NCBI GenBank assembly: GCA_041690595.1
Contig: JAWLHB010000006.1
Span: 186,001-250,000, forward strand
Direction of reading: 5' to 3'
DNA from: Lentisphaeria bacterium
Lineage (GTDB): Bacteria > Verrucomicrobiota > Lentisphaeria > JABSQK01 > JAWLHB01
Length of the DNA stretch: 64,000 nt
Each line of letters opens with the position of its first letter. Within the stretch, counting starts at the first letter, position 1. The translations under genes and the position numbers were made by a program. Under the pieces are notes generated by a model. That model had not been told where the DNA came from and ran no database searches. It worked only from the letters and a program-made list of their open reading frames with translations. This document shows positions 10,701 to 18,414 of the stretch, one piece after another.

Positions 10701-13700
10701 AATCGCTGTCGCCGTCGAGGTCGGCGGTGTCGGCGGGGAGGGCGGCATTGGAGCCGGCATTGATGGCGGGGGAGCCGATCTGCAGGCGATAGTCGCCAGT
10801 GGCGGCATCGACGAAGAGGGGGTCGGCATTGAGGTTGCCGGTGCCAGCGTAGCCGCCCTGGATGATGGAATAGGTGACGACGGGAGTGCCAGTACCGTTG
10901 ACGATCTCCGTGCCGTTGCCCCAGAGAATGCAGTTGGTCACCGTCAATGAGGATGAGTTCTGATTGTACATCCCGCCGCCGTCGCTGGCACTGTTAGCGG
11001 TGAAGGTGCAGTTGGTTACTGTCGGGGAGGAGGTGCTGTCATTGTACATCCCGCCTCCGTCATCAATGGCAGTGTTGGCGGTGAAGGTGCAATTAGTCAC
11101 CGCCGCGGAGGAGCCTATACTGAACATACCCCCGCCGAATCTGGCGGTGTTGCCCGTAAAGGTGCAGTTGGTCACCTTCGGGGTGGAGCTTTGATTGTAC
11201 ATCCCCCCGCCGCCGGTGTTGCCTGTGTTGGCCGTAAAGGTGCAGTTGGTCACCGTCGGGGAGGAGCCATTATTGTACATCCCGGCGCCGCGGTGGTTGG
11301 AACTGTTGCCCGTAAAGGTGCAGTTGGTCACCGTCGGGGAAGAGCCGTCATTGTACATCCCGCCGCCGAAGGCGTTTTCGCCATTAGCAGCATTGGCGTT
11401 GCCTCTCGTGATGATGACGCCGTCGAGGATGGCGGTGGCGTCGAGGTTGGTGCCAGACGGATGCCGAAGGACATGGTAGGCGTTGTCGGAGGTGTCGCCC
11501 GGGGTGCCGATATCGCCGGAGAGGGTGGTGATATGAGTGGACCAGTCGCGCTGCTCACGGGCGGTCTCGGTGCCCGCAAAGCCGCCATAGATGCCGACGC
11601 CGTTGATCATCTGGAAGGTGGCATAGCGGTCGCCGCTGCCGCCAACTTCAACGGAGGGCTTGTAGGTACCCGCGGCGATCCAGATTTCATCGCCGTCGAG
11701 GGCAAAGGCGAGGGCGTCCTGCAGGTCGTCGAAGGCAGTGCCCCAGGTGAGGCCGTCGCCACCGTCGGCTGCGTCGGCATCGACGAGCAGGATGCTGTTG
11801 CGGATGGTGACGGTGGCCGCGGCGGAGGTGTTGCCGGCGCTGTCGTAGACTTCATAGGTGAAGCTGTCGCTGACGACGCTGGCGCTGTCGGGGGTCCAGG
11901 CGAAGGAGCCGTCCGCGTTGAGCACGAGGGTGCCGTTGCTCGCGTCGGTGACGAAGGTGGCGGTGAGCTGGCCGCCGTCGGCATCGCTGTCGTTGGCGAG
12001 CACGCCGGCGGCGGAGACGTGGAGGGCGTTCCCCTGCATGAAGCGGTAGGCATCGTCGACGGCGACCGGCGTGCTGTCGGTGTCGGTGACGGTGAGGCTG
12101 TCGCTGGCGCCGGTGTAGTATGGGGCGCTGGCGCTGATGGTCACCGACTGGTCGCCGTCGTCCACGCCGCCGTCATCGATGGCCGTGAAGCTGAAGGCGG
12201 CGGTGCTGGCGCTGGCGGCGAAGGTGACCGTGGCGGGCACGGTCGCTTCGCTGGTGTCGTCGCTGCTCAGGGTGACGGTCAGCTCGGTGCTGAAGGGGAG
12301 CGAGCGGGTGAGGATGCCGTAGGCAGCCCCGGCACCAGCGGCTTCAGAAATGGAGTCCGGATTGATGACCAGCGTCAGCGTGGCTGGGTCGTTGTCTTTG
12401 ATCGTGGTCGTGGCGACGCCAGAGGCGAAACCTGCGGCGCTGGCGGTGATCTGGACTTGGGTGTCAGCCGTGTCGTCGGCATCATCAATGTTGGTGATGG
12501 CGAAGGTGGCTTGAGATGTGCCAGCAGCAATGGTGACGGTGGCGGGGACGGTGGCTTCGGCGGTATCGGCGGAGGTGAGGGTGATGACGAGACTGCTGGG
12601 GCCAGCGTTATCGCGAGCGAGCAGACCGACGCCGCTTTCGCCTTCATAGCGGTTGTCGGTGATGATGTAGAGGCCAACTTGGTCGGTTTCGTAAGCTCCC
12701 ATGTCAACGAGACCGAATTTGACGCGGCGGCTGTTGGCGAGGTCGTAGGGGAGGATTTCGGCGGTGTCGAGGTCACCGTCGAGGTCGGCAGTATCGGCGG
12801 GGAGGGAGGCGGTATTGCCGGTGTTGATGGCAGGTGAGCCGGAGCCGAGGCGGAAGTCGCCATTGGCGGCATCGACGAAGAGGGGGTCGGCATCGAGGTT
12901 GCCAGTACCTGTGTAGCCGTCCTGGACAATGGAATAGGTGACGTTGGTTGTGCTACTATTGTTGGTGATTGCCACGCCATTCTCCCAGAGGATGCAATTG
13001 ACGATGGTCACTGAGGGCGAGTTGTAGTTATAGAACCCGCTGGAATTGTTGCTCATGGTGCAGTTGGTAAGGATCGGCGAGGAGGCGGAGTTGAACATGA
13101 TACCACCATTGCTGGCTATGTTGTCGCTGATAATGCTGTTGGTGATGACTGCAGAGGAGGCGGAGATGTTGAAGAGAGCGCCTCCGTTGCCAGCAACATT
13201 ATCGATGATCGTGCAGTTGGTGAGAATCGGGGAAGAGGCACTATTGTAGATGCCGCCGCCTTTTTGAAAGCCAGTAAGATTGCCACTGATGGTGCAGTTG
13301 GTGAGGGTCGGCGAGGAGGATGAGTTGTAGATGCCGCCGCCGTCGCCACTATTTTCGGTGGAGTTGTCGCTGATGGTGCAGTTGGCAATGGTGGGCGAGG
13401 AGGAGGTGTTGTAGATGCCGCCACCGCCGCCGAGGGCAGTATTGCTGGTGATGGTGCAGTTGGCGATGGTGGGCGAGCATGCATCATTATACATGCCGCC
13501 GCCGACGCGGAACTCACTGGAGCCGCCATTGGCGTTGCCGCCGGTGATGGTGACGCCATCGAGAATGGCGGTGTCGTCGAGGTTGGTGCCAGAGGGGTGG
13601 TAGAAGACGTGATAGATGTTGTCGGTGACGGTAACCTTGACACCGATGTCACCGGAAAGGATCGTCACGTTGGCGCTGACATCCCGCGCCTCACGCAAGT

Positions 13701-16692
13701 CCTCGTTGCCGGCGAAGCCACCATAGATGCCGACGCCATCGACCATCTGGAAGGTCGCATAGCGGTCGCCGGTGCCGCCGACCTGGACAGAGGGCCTGTA
13801 GGTCCCGGCAGCGACCCATATCTCATCACCACTAACTGCCCCTGTGAGCGCGTCCTGCAGGTCGTTGAAGGCGGTGGCCCAGGCGAGGCCGTCGCCGCCG
13901 TCGGCTACGGAGGCATCGACATACAGGATGGCGGCGACGCGCCCGGCTTCGTAAGCACCCATGTCGATCATGTCGTTCTGGACGCGATCATTGCCGGCGA
14001 GGTCGTAGGGGATGAGCTCGGCGGTGTCGTCGTCGCCGTCGAGGTCGGCAATGTCAGCGGGGAGGTAGAAGTCGACGTCGACATCTATGGCGGGTGAGCC
14101 GGCCTGTAGAGTGAGGTCGTCGTTGGGGGCATCGACGAAGAGGGGGTCACTGCCAGTCGCGTAAGTACCGCTCTGGATGATGGAACTCTGGATAATGATG
14201 GGATGGTTAATGAAATTAGCGATGACGATCTCGGTGCCGTTGCCCCAGAAAATGGAGCTTTGGGTGAAGTAGATATACTCGAAATTCTCGTTGTCGACAT
14301 CCATGTAGGCCGCGCCGCCGTTGCTGGCGGTGTTGAGACTGAAGGAGCAGTTGGTGATTATGGCCGTGCCTAAGAATTGATAAAGGGCGCCGCCCACGTC
14401 GGTGCTGCTGTTTCTGCTGAAGAGGCAGTTGGCAAAGGAGAGCGTGGAATATTGAGCTGCGATGGCGCCGCCCTGACTGCCAGTGGCGGAGTTTTGAATA
14501 AAGCGGCAATTGACGTAGGTCGGCGAGGAGAAATGCTCGTAGATGGCACCGCCGGTGGCAGCGGTGTTGAGGGTGAAGGAGCAGTTCGCGATGATCGGCG
14601 AAGAGGAGTAGCTGTTGTAAATGGCCCCGCCGCTGGTAGCGGTGTTTTGAGTGAAGGAGCTATTTCTGATGGTCGGGGATGACTCGGCATTGAAGATAGC
14701 GCCGCCAGATAGCGCGGAGTTCCGTGCGAAAGAGCAATCGGTGATCGTCGGTGAGGAGGAGTCTGTGTTGTAAATGGCACCGCCGTCAGAGCCGGAAGCA
14801 TTGTCGGTGATGGTACAAGCGGTGATGGTCGGCGAGGAACTGTGGCTGTAAATGGCGCCGCCACTACTGCCGTAACCGGCGACGGAGTTGTTCGTGATGG
14901 TGCAGTTACTGATGGCCGAGGAGGAGGAGATGAGGGCAATGGCGCCGCCGCTTTCGCTGGCATAATTTCCAGTGATCGTGCAGTTGCTGATAGTCGGTGA
15001 GGAGGAGTTGTTATAGATGGCACCCCCAAACTGGAAATCTTGATTAAGATCGGCGGTGCCGCCGGTAATCCTGACGCCGTCGAGGATGGCGGTGGCATCG
15101 AGCGCGAGGCCAAACTTGTGATAGAAGACGTGGTAGGCATTGTCGGGGGTGTAGTCCTGGGTGCCGATGTCGCCGGAGAGGGTGGTGATGTGGGTCTGCC
15201 AGTCGCGCTCCTCACGCGTGGTCTCTGTACCCGCAAAGCCGCCGTAGATGCCGACGCCGTTCTTCATCTGGAAGGTCACATAACGGGGACCGGTGCCGCC
15301 GTCTGGGCCGGCGGTGTTGCCAATGACCTGCACGGACGGCTTGTAGGTGCCGGCGGCAACCCAGATCTCGTCACCACTACCGGCCAATGTGAGCGCGTCC
15401 TGCAGGTCGTTGAAGGCGTTGGTCCAGGCGGAGCCGTCACCGCCGTCGGGGGCGGAGGCATCGACATAGAAGATGGGGCCGGTATAGTCGGGTACTTCGT
15501 AGGCACCCATGTCGACAGCGCTCCACCTGACACGCACTTGGCCGGCGAGGTCGTAGGGGATGGTCTCGGTGGTGTCGCTGTCGCCGTCGAGATCGGCAGT
15601 GTCGGCGGGGAGGGCGGCGTTGGAGCCGACGTTGATGGCGGGTGATCCGGGCTGGAGTCGAAGATTGCCATTGGCGGCATCGACAAAGAGGGGGTCGGCA
15701 TCGAGGTTGCTGTCGCCGGTCCAGCCGCCTTCGACGAGGGAGTAGGTGACGAGGGTTAGGGCGCCAGCGTTATCGACGATTTCGGTTCCGTTGCCCCAGA
15801 GGATGCAGTTGGTGAGCGTGGGGGAGCGCTCCAGATTGGTGTAGAGAGCGCCACCGGTGCCGGAGGCGCTGTTGCCGGTGAGGGTGCAGTTGATGAGCGT
15901 CGGGAACGAGTAATCGTTGGATATGGCACCTCCATCCCTGGCAGCGCTGTTGCCGGTGAAGATGCAGTTGATCAGCGTCGGCGAAGAGCTGCTGCCGTTA
16001 TAGATGCCGCCACCGTCGTAGAGTGCACTGTTTGCGGTGAAGGCGCAGTTGATCAGCGTCGGTGAGGATTGCGAATTGCTTATGCCGCCGCCAAATAGCC
16101 CATGGTTTGCCGTGAAGGTGCAGTTGCTTATGGTCGGTGAAGAGGCGTTGTTGCGCATACCGGCAGACCCGGCGCCGGTGATGGTGACGCCGTCGAGGAT
16201 GGCGGTGGCGTTGAGGTCCTGGTTCAGGACGACGTGGAAGGCGTTGTCGGAGACGGCGGCCTGGATGCTGATGCCGGGGGAGAAATCGCTGGTGGTGACA
16301 ATGTCACCGGAGAAGATAGTCCTGTGAGTAGTCCAGTCGCGATCGGCGCGGACGGTCTCGGTGCCCGCAAAGCCGCCATAGATGCCTACGCCGTTCTTCA
16401 TCTGGAAGGCGGCGTAGCGGTCGCCCGTGCCGCCGACCTGAACGGAGGGCTTGTAGGTGCCGGCGGCGATCCAGATCTCGTCGCCGCTGACGGCGACCGT
16501 CAGGGCGGCCTGCAGGTCGGTGTACGCGTTGGCCCAGTCCGCGCCGCTGCCCGTGCCGACAGCGTCGGCATCGACATGCAGGATGGAGGTCTGCGCCATG
16601 GGCGTCTGCGCCATGGTGGCAACCGAGGCAAGAAACGCCAACAACCCAAGCCTGATGTGACGCACAAACGAAGGTCCTACGGAAGCCGACAT
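4786..16692 (-). CDS. Giant secreted modular surface protein/adhesin: 6 parallel beta-helix (choice-of-anchor Q-like) modules, Calx-beta and Big_9/Ig-like domains
   Basis: ~3970 aa with a signal peptide. Six modules run from YVDA..GGDG..W..AF.DLQDAL...GDEIW.AAGTYKP to VDMGAYE and contain GGG(I/M)YN..SSPT..NC.F..N repeats; APVAVADA...GSFTY Ig repeats; Calx-beta ...TILDDD/DND. ATG 16692 has a GGAG RBS (alternative start 16719). Confidence 0.85.
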   Translation of the reverse strand: MSASVGPSFVRHIRLGLLAFLASVATMAQTPMAQTSILHVDADAVGTGSGADWANAYTDLQAALTVAVSGDEIWIAAGTYKPSVQVGGTGDRYAAFQMKNGVGIYGGFAGTETVRADRDWTTHRTIFSGDIVTTSDFSPGISIQAAVSDNAFHVVLNQDLNATAILDGVTITGAGSAGMRNNASSPTISNCTFTANHGLFGGGISNSQSSPTLINCAFTANSALYDGGGIYNGSSSSPTLINCIFTGNSAARDGGAISNDYSFPTLINCTLTGNSASGTGGALYTNLERSPTLTNCILWGNGTEIVDNAGALTLVTYSLVEGGWTGDSNLDADPLFVDAANGNLRLQPGSPAINVGSNAALPADTADLDGDSDTTETIPYDLAGQVRVRWSAVDMGAYEVPDYTGPIFYVDASAPDGGDGSAWTNAFNDLQDALTLAGSGDEIWVAAGTYKPSVQVIGNTAGPDGGTGPRYVTFQMKNGVGIYGGFAGTETTREERDWQTHITTLSGDIGTQDYTPDNAYHVFYHKFGLALDATAILDGVRITGGTADLNQDFQFGGAIYNNSSSPTISNCTITGNYASESGGAIALISSSSAISNCTITNNSVAGYGSSGGAIYSHSSSPTITACTITDNASGSDGGAIYNTDSSSPTITDCSFARNSALSGGAIFNAESSPTIRNSSFTQNTATSGGAIYNSYSSSPIIANCSFTLNTAATGGAIYEHFSSPTYVNCRFIQNSATGSQGGAIAAQYSTLSFANCLFSRNSSTDVGGALYQFLGTAIITNCSFSLNTASNGGAAYMDVDNENFEYIYFTQSSIFWGNGTEIVIANFINHPIIIQSSIIQSGTYATGSDPLFVDAPNDDLTLQAGSPAIDVDVDFYLPADIADLDGDDDTAELIPYDLAGNDRVQNDMIDMGAYEAGRVAAILYVDASVADGGDGLAWATAFNDLQDALTGAVSGDEIWVAAGTYRPSVQVGGTGDRYATFQMVDGVGIYGGFAGNEDLREARDVSANVTILSGDIGVKVTVTDNIYHVFYHPSGTNLDDTAILDGVTITGGNANGGSSEFRVGGGMYNDACSPTIANCTITSNTALGGGGGIYNTSSSPTIANCTISDNSTENSGDGGGIYNSSSSPTLTNCTISGNLTGFQKGGGIYNSASSPILTNCTIIDNVAGNGGALFNISASSAVITNSIISDNIASNGGIMFNSASSPILTNCTMSNNSSGFYNYNSPSVTIVNCILWENGVAITNNSSTTNVTYSIVQDGYTGTGNLDADPLFVDAANGDFRLGSGSPAINTGNTASLPADTADLDGDLDTAEILPYDLANSRRVKFGLVDMGAYETDQVGLYIITDNRYEGESGVGLLARDNAGPSSLVITLTSADTAEATVPATVTIAAGTSQATFAITNIDDADDTADTQVQITASAAGFASGVATTTIKDNDPATLTLVINPDSISEAAGAGAAYGILTRSLPFSTELTVTLSSDDTSEATVPATVTFAASASTAAFSFTAIDDGGVDDGDQSVTISASAPYYTGASDSLTVTDTDSTPVAVDDAYRFMQGNALHVSAAGVLANDSDADGGQLTATFVTDASNGTLVLNADGSFAWTPDSASVVSDSFTYEVYDSAGNTSAAATVTIRNSILLVDADAADGGDGLTWGTAFDDLQDALAFALDGDEIWIAAGTYKPSVEVGGSGDRYATFQMINGVGIYGGFAGTETAREQRDWSTHITTLSGDIGTPGDTSDNAYHVLRHPSGTNLDATAILDGVIITRGNANAANGENAFGGGMYNDGSSPTVTNCTFTGNSSNHRGAGMYNNGSSPTVTNCTFTANTGNTGGGGMYNQSSTPKVTNCTFTGNTARFGGGMFSIGSSAAVTNCTFTANTAIDDGGGMYNDSTSSPTVTNCTFTANSASDGGGMYNQNSSSLTVTNCILWGNGTEIVNGTGTPVVTYSIIQGGYAGTGNLNADPLFVDAATGDYRLQIGSPAINAGSNAALPADTADLDGDSDFAEPIPYDLRGSARIQSGTVNMGAFEGSVYVGPIFYVDASAPGGNGSDWTNAMNDLQDALTLAESGDEIWIAAGTYKPSVEVGGSGAPFATFQMKNGVGIYGGFSGTETAREERDWQTHVTILSGDIGIEDDASDNASYVIKSQDLDATAILDGVTITGASEAGMWNNYSSPTITNCTFTANHGAYGGGMYNVSSSPTLTNCTFTANSARRDGGGMNNVSFSSPTLVNCTFADNSATWDGGAIKNGGFSSPILINCTLTGNSATINGGAIHNFRSSLTLINCTLTGNSATGTGDGIYNDFDGSPTITNSILWDNGTEIVDTDAAVTTVTFSIVEGGFTGATNADPLFVDAGNGDYRLQPDSPAINAGSNAALPADVADLDGDLDTAEAIAYDLDGTDRVKNDTVDMGAYELLIPNVAPVAVADAWSIGRDNLLTVSAAGVLGNDTDDDGDQLTATVLTDVIHGELNLAADGSFTYMPADGYAGPDSFTYTVSDGIASDVGTVTLTVDAINRTLSIDSVTGDEDEGALTFTVTLSEVSGREVSAAYGTVAGSATAVSDYVGISGTLFIAAGQFTATIDVSVIDDAVYEGTESFTVVLSNPNRATIAVGSGSGTILDDENQPTVTLTSAPATIDEAGGVATFTATLSHATTQEVTVNLAISGTADSSDFSVSSQTIVIAALATTGSVTVTAIDDTLYEPGDNETVVLTLASVTGATAGSPDQAQTAIIDNDRLPTVTLTSAPATIDEAGGVATFTATLSHATTQEVTVNLAISGTADSSDFSVSSQTIVIAALATTGSVTVTAIDDTLYEPGDNETVVLTLASVTGATAGSPDQAQIAIIDNDRLPTTLFVDLDATGGANDGFSWANAFLDLQDALANTIPGDEIWIAAGTYYPSVQVGGSGPRYVTFQMKNNVGIYGGFAGTESARDERDWRSHVTILSGDLGTPTDNSDNAYYVVLNQDLDATAILDGVTITGATTSGMRNNASSPTISTCTFTANHGLFGGGISNSQSSPTLINCAFTANSALYDGGGIYNGSSSSPTLINCIFTGNSAARDGGAISNDYSFPTLINCTLTGNSASGTGGALYTNLERSPTLTNCILWGNGTEIVDNAGALTLVSYSIVEGGWTGEGNLNADPLFVDAANGDYRLQPGSPASNAGSNAAIPADLADLDGDLDTAEPIPFDLDGTARIKKDIVDMGAYELENTAPVAVADAWSIGSDNLLTVSAAGVLANDTDDDGDQLTATVATDVIHGELNLATDGSFTYMPADGYAGPDSFTYTVSDGIASDVGTVTLTVDAINRTLSIDSVTGDEDEGALTFTVTLSELSGRDVTVEYATVAGSATAVSDYVGTSGTSTIAAGQFTATIDVSLIDDAVHELTESFSVILSSAERATIAVGTGVGTILDDDAPAVSIAASSATEGQVLSLAVTLDGASPLVTSVSWSLTPGSALAGSDYVNGSGTLTFAAGVTSRMIDVQTVDDGLNEPMESFTVTLADLESLVPGVLTATGTIIDNDDPVLTVTLLAERVGESSGTTSATLSRNTETTAELVVSLSSSDATEAVVPATATIPAGSLSTTFTITVGDDDVADGDQAVLITATALGHASGSATLTVVDDDKALNIVYNLTLRGNQYGIQETLSGSGFLVLDLERRLVTMLVRWGNGAGERLDWSAAGLWYSVALDDGRTYWFLTNSDGRGEAGRFDYAELVGEASSTAVDLGGESAMVCAAFGGDWRFGEGVNEPTVTSAVTFAARIDLVTGRDANLRNRSHVELCEELIARYGIEVGGSTSLAATPSATPSTAGEGLICYSVSYSGLDMVDGAAMTMSYSGYLVLDLASGQMQAILGWRNASGLWYTIEEWTPLEAFHYQLQDGSNAYTMLGGYDPAGTTQGTGIQFKLLYGANRAADIGGGSVQSFPGSLAGEVWRHAPDSQEYHQAILSGTLRATETLHFNREGMSLLEAVDFLEARLPAGYQPVE
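8168..8844. repeat. Near-perfect intragenic tandem duplication, 336-bp period (112-aa Calx-beta-like domain x2)
   Basis: Block starting GTCGGGAGCCGGTCGTTGTCGATGATCGCG at 8168 recurs at 8504; the protein repeat PTVTLTSAPATIDEAGG...IIDNDRL is seen twice. Confidence 0.9.
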
Positions 16693-16934
16693 GAGCAATC
16701 TCCATGAAAAAATGAACATTACCAGCCGATCCGGCGGCTAAAAGGAAAAACAGTCTTGGATAGAATCGCATAATAATGTTCTATATCGATATTAGTACAA
16801 GATTTAGAATGCTTTTATTTTTAAACCAAACTATAATCAAATACATGCCTCCATTTGCCACCCCCCCATTCCGCCGACTTCCGCCTCGACAGGCCCGACA
16901 ACGTGGGAGTCCCCATCCTGGCCCTGCTATTGCC

Positions 16935-17234
16935 GTCCGACCCGTCCGACCACGTCCGACCCGCTTCTCTTGCCCCAATGGGTCCCCGCCCGAGCTCAAC
17001 TCCCCCCCAATCTTCATGCCCTTCATGGTCCACGTCTCCGTCCTCCCCGCCTCCTCGTGCAGCGAATCTTTGCGCTCTCTGCGTTCTTTGCGGCTAATCC
17101 TCTGAGCTGCTCTTCATAAGCTGCCGGCCTCCACACCGCCCCATCTCCGTGTCTCCGTGCCTCCGTGGTTCATACCCGGCCGTCGTGGAAGCCAGACTCT
17201 CTTCCTCACTGGCCTCTGAGTCCTCTGTGGCAAA
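16935..17234 (+). repeat. Cluster of five different short tandem repeat families
   Basis: GTCCGAC x3 (16935-16962); CTTCATG x2 (~17011-17029); TCT(T/C)TGCG x3 (17067-17097); CTCCGTG x3 (17145-17170); CCTCTG x2 (17213-17234). Confidence 0.8.
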
Positions 17235-17265
17235 CATCCCACCTCCCCAAATCACTTATTTCTTT

Positions 17266-17293
17266 TTGCGATATATCCCCGAGCGGCTATAGT
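17266..17293 (+). promoter_or_regulatory. Putative sigma70 promoter
   Basis: TTGCGA-16bp-TATAGT ahead of an AGGAGG RBS and ATG 17314. Confidence 0.45.
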
Positions 17294-17313
17294 ACCGCAA
17301 CAGGAGGCCGCCC

Positions 17314-18414
17314 ATGCCAAGCACCTACCCATCCCTCATCTGTGGATTCCTCTCGCTCATGGCGTGGGCCGCCGAACCCACACCCGTCGCGACACATCCT
17401 CGACAAGCCCCACTCCTGGCCCTGCAAGCCTTCGACGGCCGCATTTACGCTCAGCCCGCCCAAAGCAACCACGGCGTCGACATCTTCAGCTATTCCCCCG
17501 ACGCCCTGGAGTGGCGACGCGAACTGGCCCTCCCGGACGTGCGCGCCGGCCGACACTACCGGCTGCTCGACGCCCGGCTGATCCTGCCGATCGCCGGCGG
17601 CTATTGCGCTTCCGCCGGCAACGGAGCCTGGGAGCGGGTGGAGCTGCCGGATGCCGCCGACCTCCTCTTCGAGGATGCCACGCTGCATGAAGGGCGCTTC
17701 TTCCTGGCCGGTGGCGGACCCGACGGCGCCTGCGTCGCCTGGCGCGATGGCGATGGCCCATGGAAGATCGAAAAACTGTGGGAGCAGGCCACCCGCTTTT
17801 CCCCCCGGGCGGTCACCTTCCTGCAAACACCCCGGCACCTCAGCCTGCTCGCCTCTCGCCATCCCAAGGATCCGCCACGCACCTTCATTGCCGAATGGGG
17901 CGCCTGGTATCTCCTCCACTACGTCCCCAAGGGCAGCGACCGCGGCTTTCTCTTCGATGCCCTGCCCCGTCCCCTCCCCGTCCTGAACGCCCTCGCCCCC
18001 GGTTCCGCCCTGCCGCGCAACCCCCAGGCCCTCATCTCACGCGCCGTCCGCTGGGGAAACGACCAGCTCCTCTACCTGATCGCCATCGGCGACGGAACCA
18101 TGATCGATGAGCAAGGGGGGCTTTACCTCGCCGACCTTGCCACCGGCGATCCCCAGACCGGGACCACCTTCTTCGGCAAGCGTCTCGCCGGCATGGAGCT
18201 TGCCCGCGACATCAAGGTAGTCGACGGCTGGTGCCATCTGCTCCTCGCCGCCAATACCGCCCGCACTGGCAGCATCGTGCGCTCCCGGGACCTCGAAACC
18301 TGGGAAACCCTCTATGCCGGTGACTTCGCCGCGCCTCCTCTCTCCCTGGCAATCCTCGACGGCGTCTGCCACGTCGGCTTGGACAACGGTACGCTCCTGA
18401 GGCTCGAACCATGA
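17314..18414 (+). CDS. Secreted hypothetical protein (possible beta-propeller)
   Basis: AGGAGG RBS, signal peptide, C-ending codon bias, S.DL.TW Asp-box-like motif; overlaps the next start (ATGA). Confidence 0.65.
   Translation: MPSTYPSLICGFLSLMAWAAEPTPVATHPRQAPLLALQAFDGRIYAQPAQSNHGVDIFSYSPDALEWRRELALPDVRAGRHYRLLDARLILPIAGGYCASAGNGAWERVELPDAADLLFEDATLHEGRFFLAGGGPDGACVAWRDGDGPWKIEKLWEQATRFSPRAVTFLQTPRHLSLLASRHPKDPPRTFIAEWGAWYLLHYVPKGSDRGFLFDALPRPLPVLNALAPGSALPRNPQALISRAVRWGNDQLLYLIAIGDGTMIDEQGGLYLADLATGDPQTGTTFFGKRLAGMELARDIKVVDGWCHLLLAANTARTGSIVRSRDLETWETLYAGDFAAPPLSLAILDGVCHVGLDNGTLLRLEP

Noticed and set aside
7370..16158. Possible DGR template/variable repeat pair in the giant gene
   Set aside because: Both copies are in-frame coding modules, the few differences are not obviously adenine-specific, and no reverse transcriptase is present in the window
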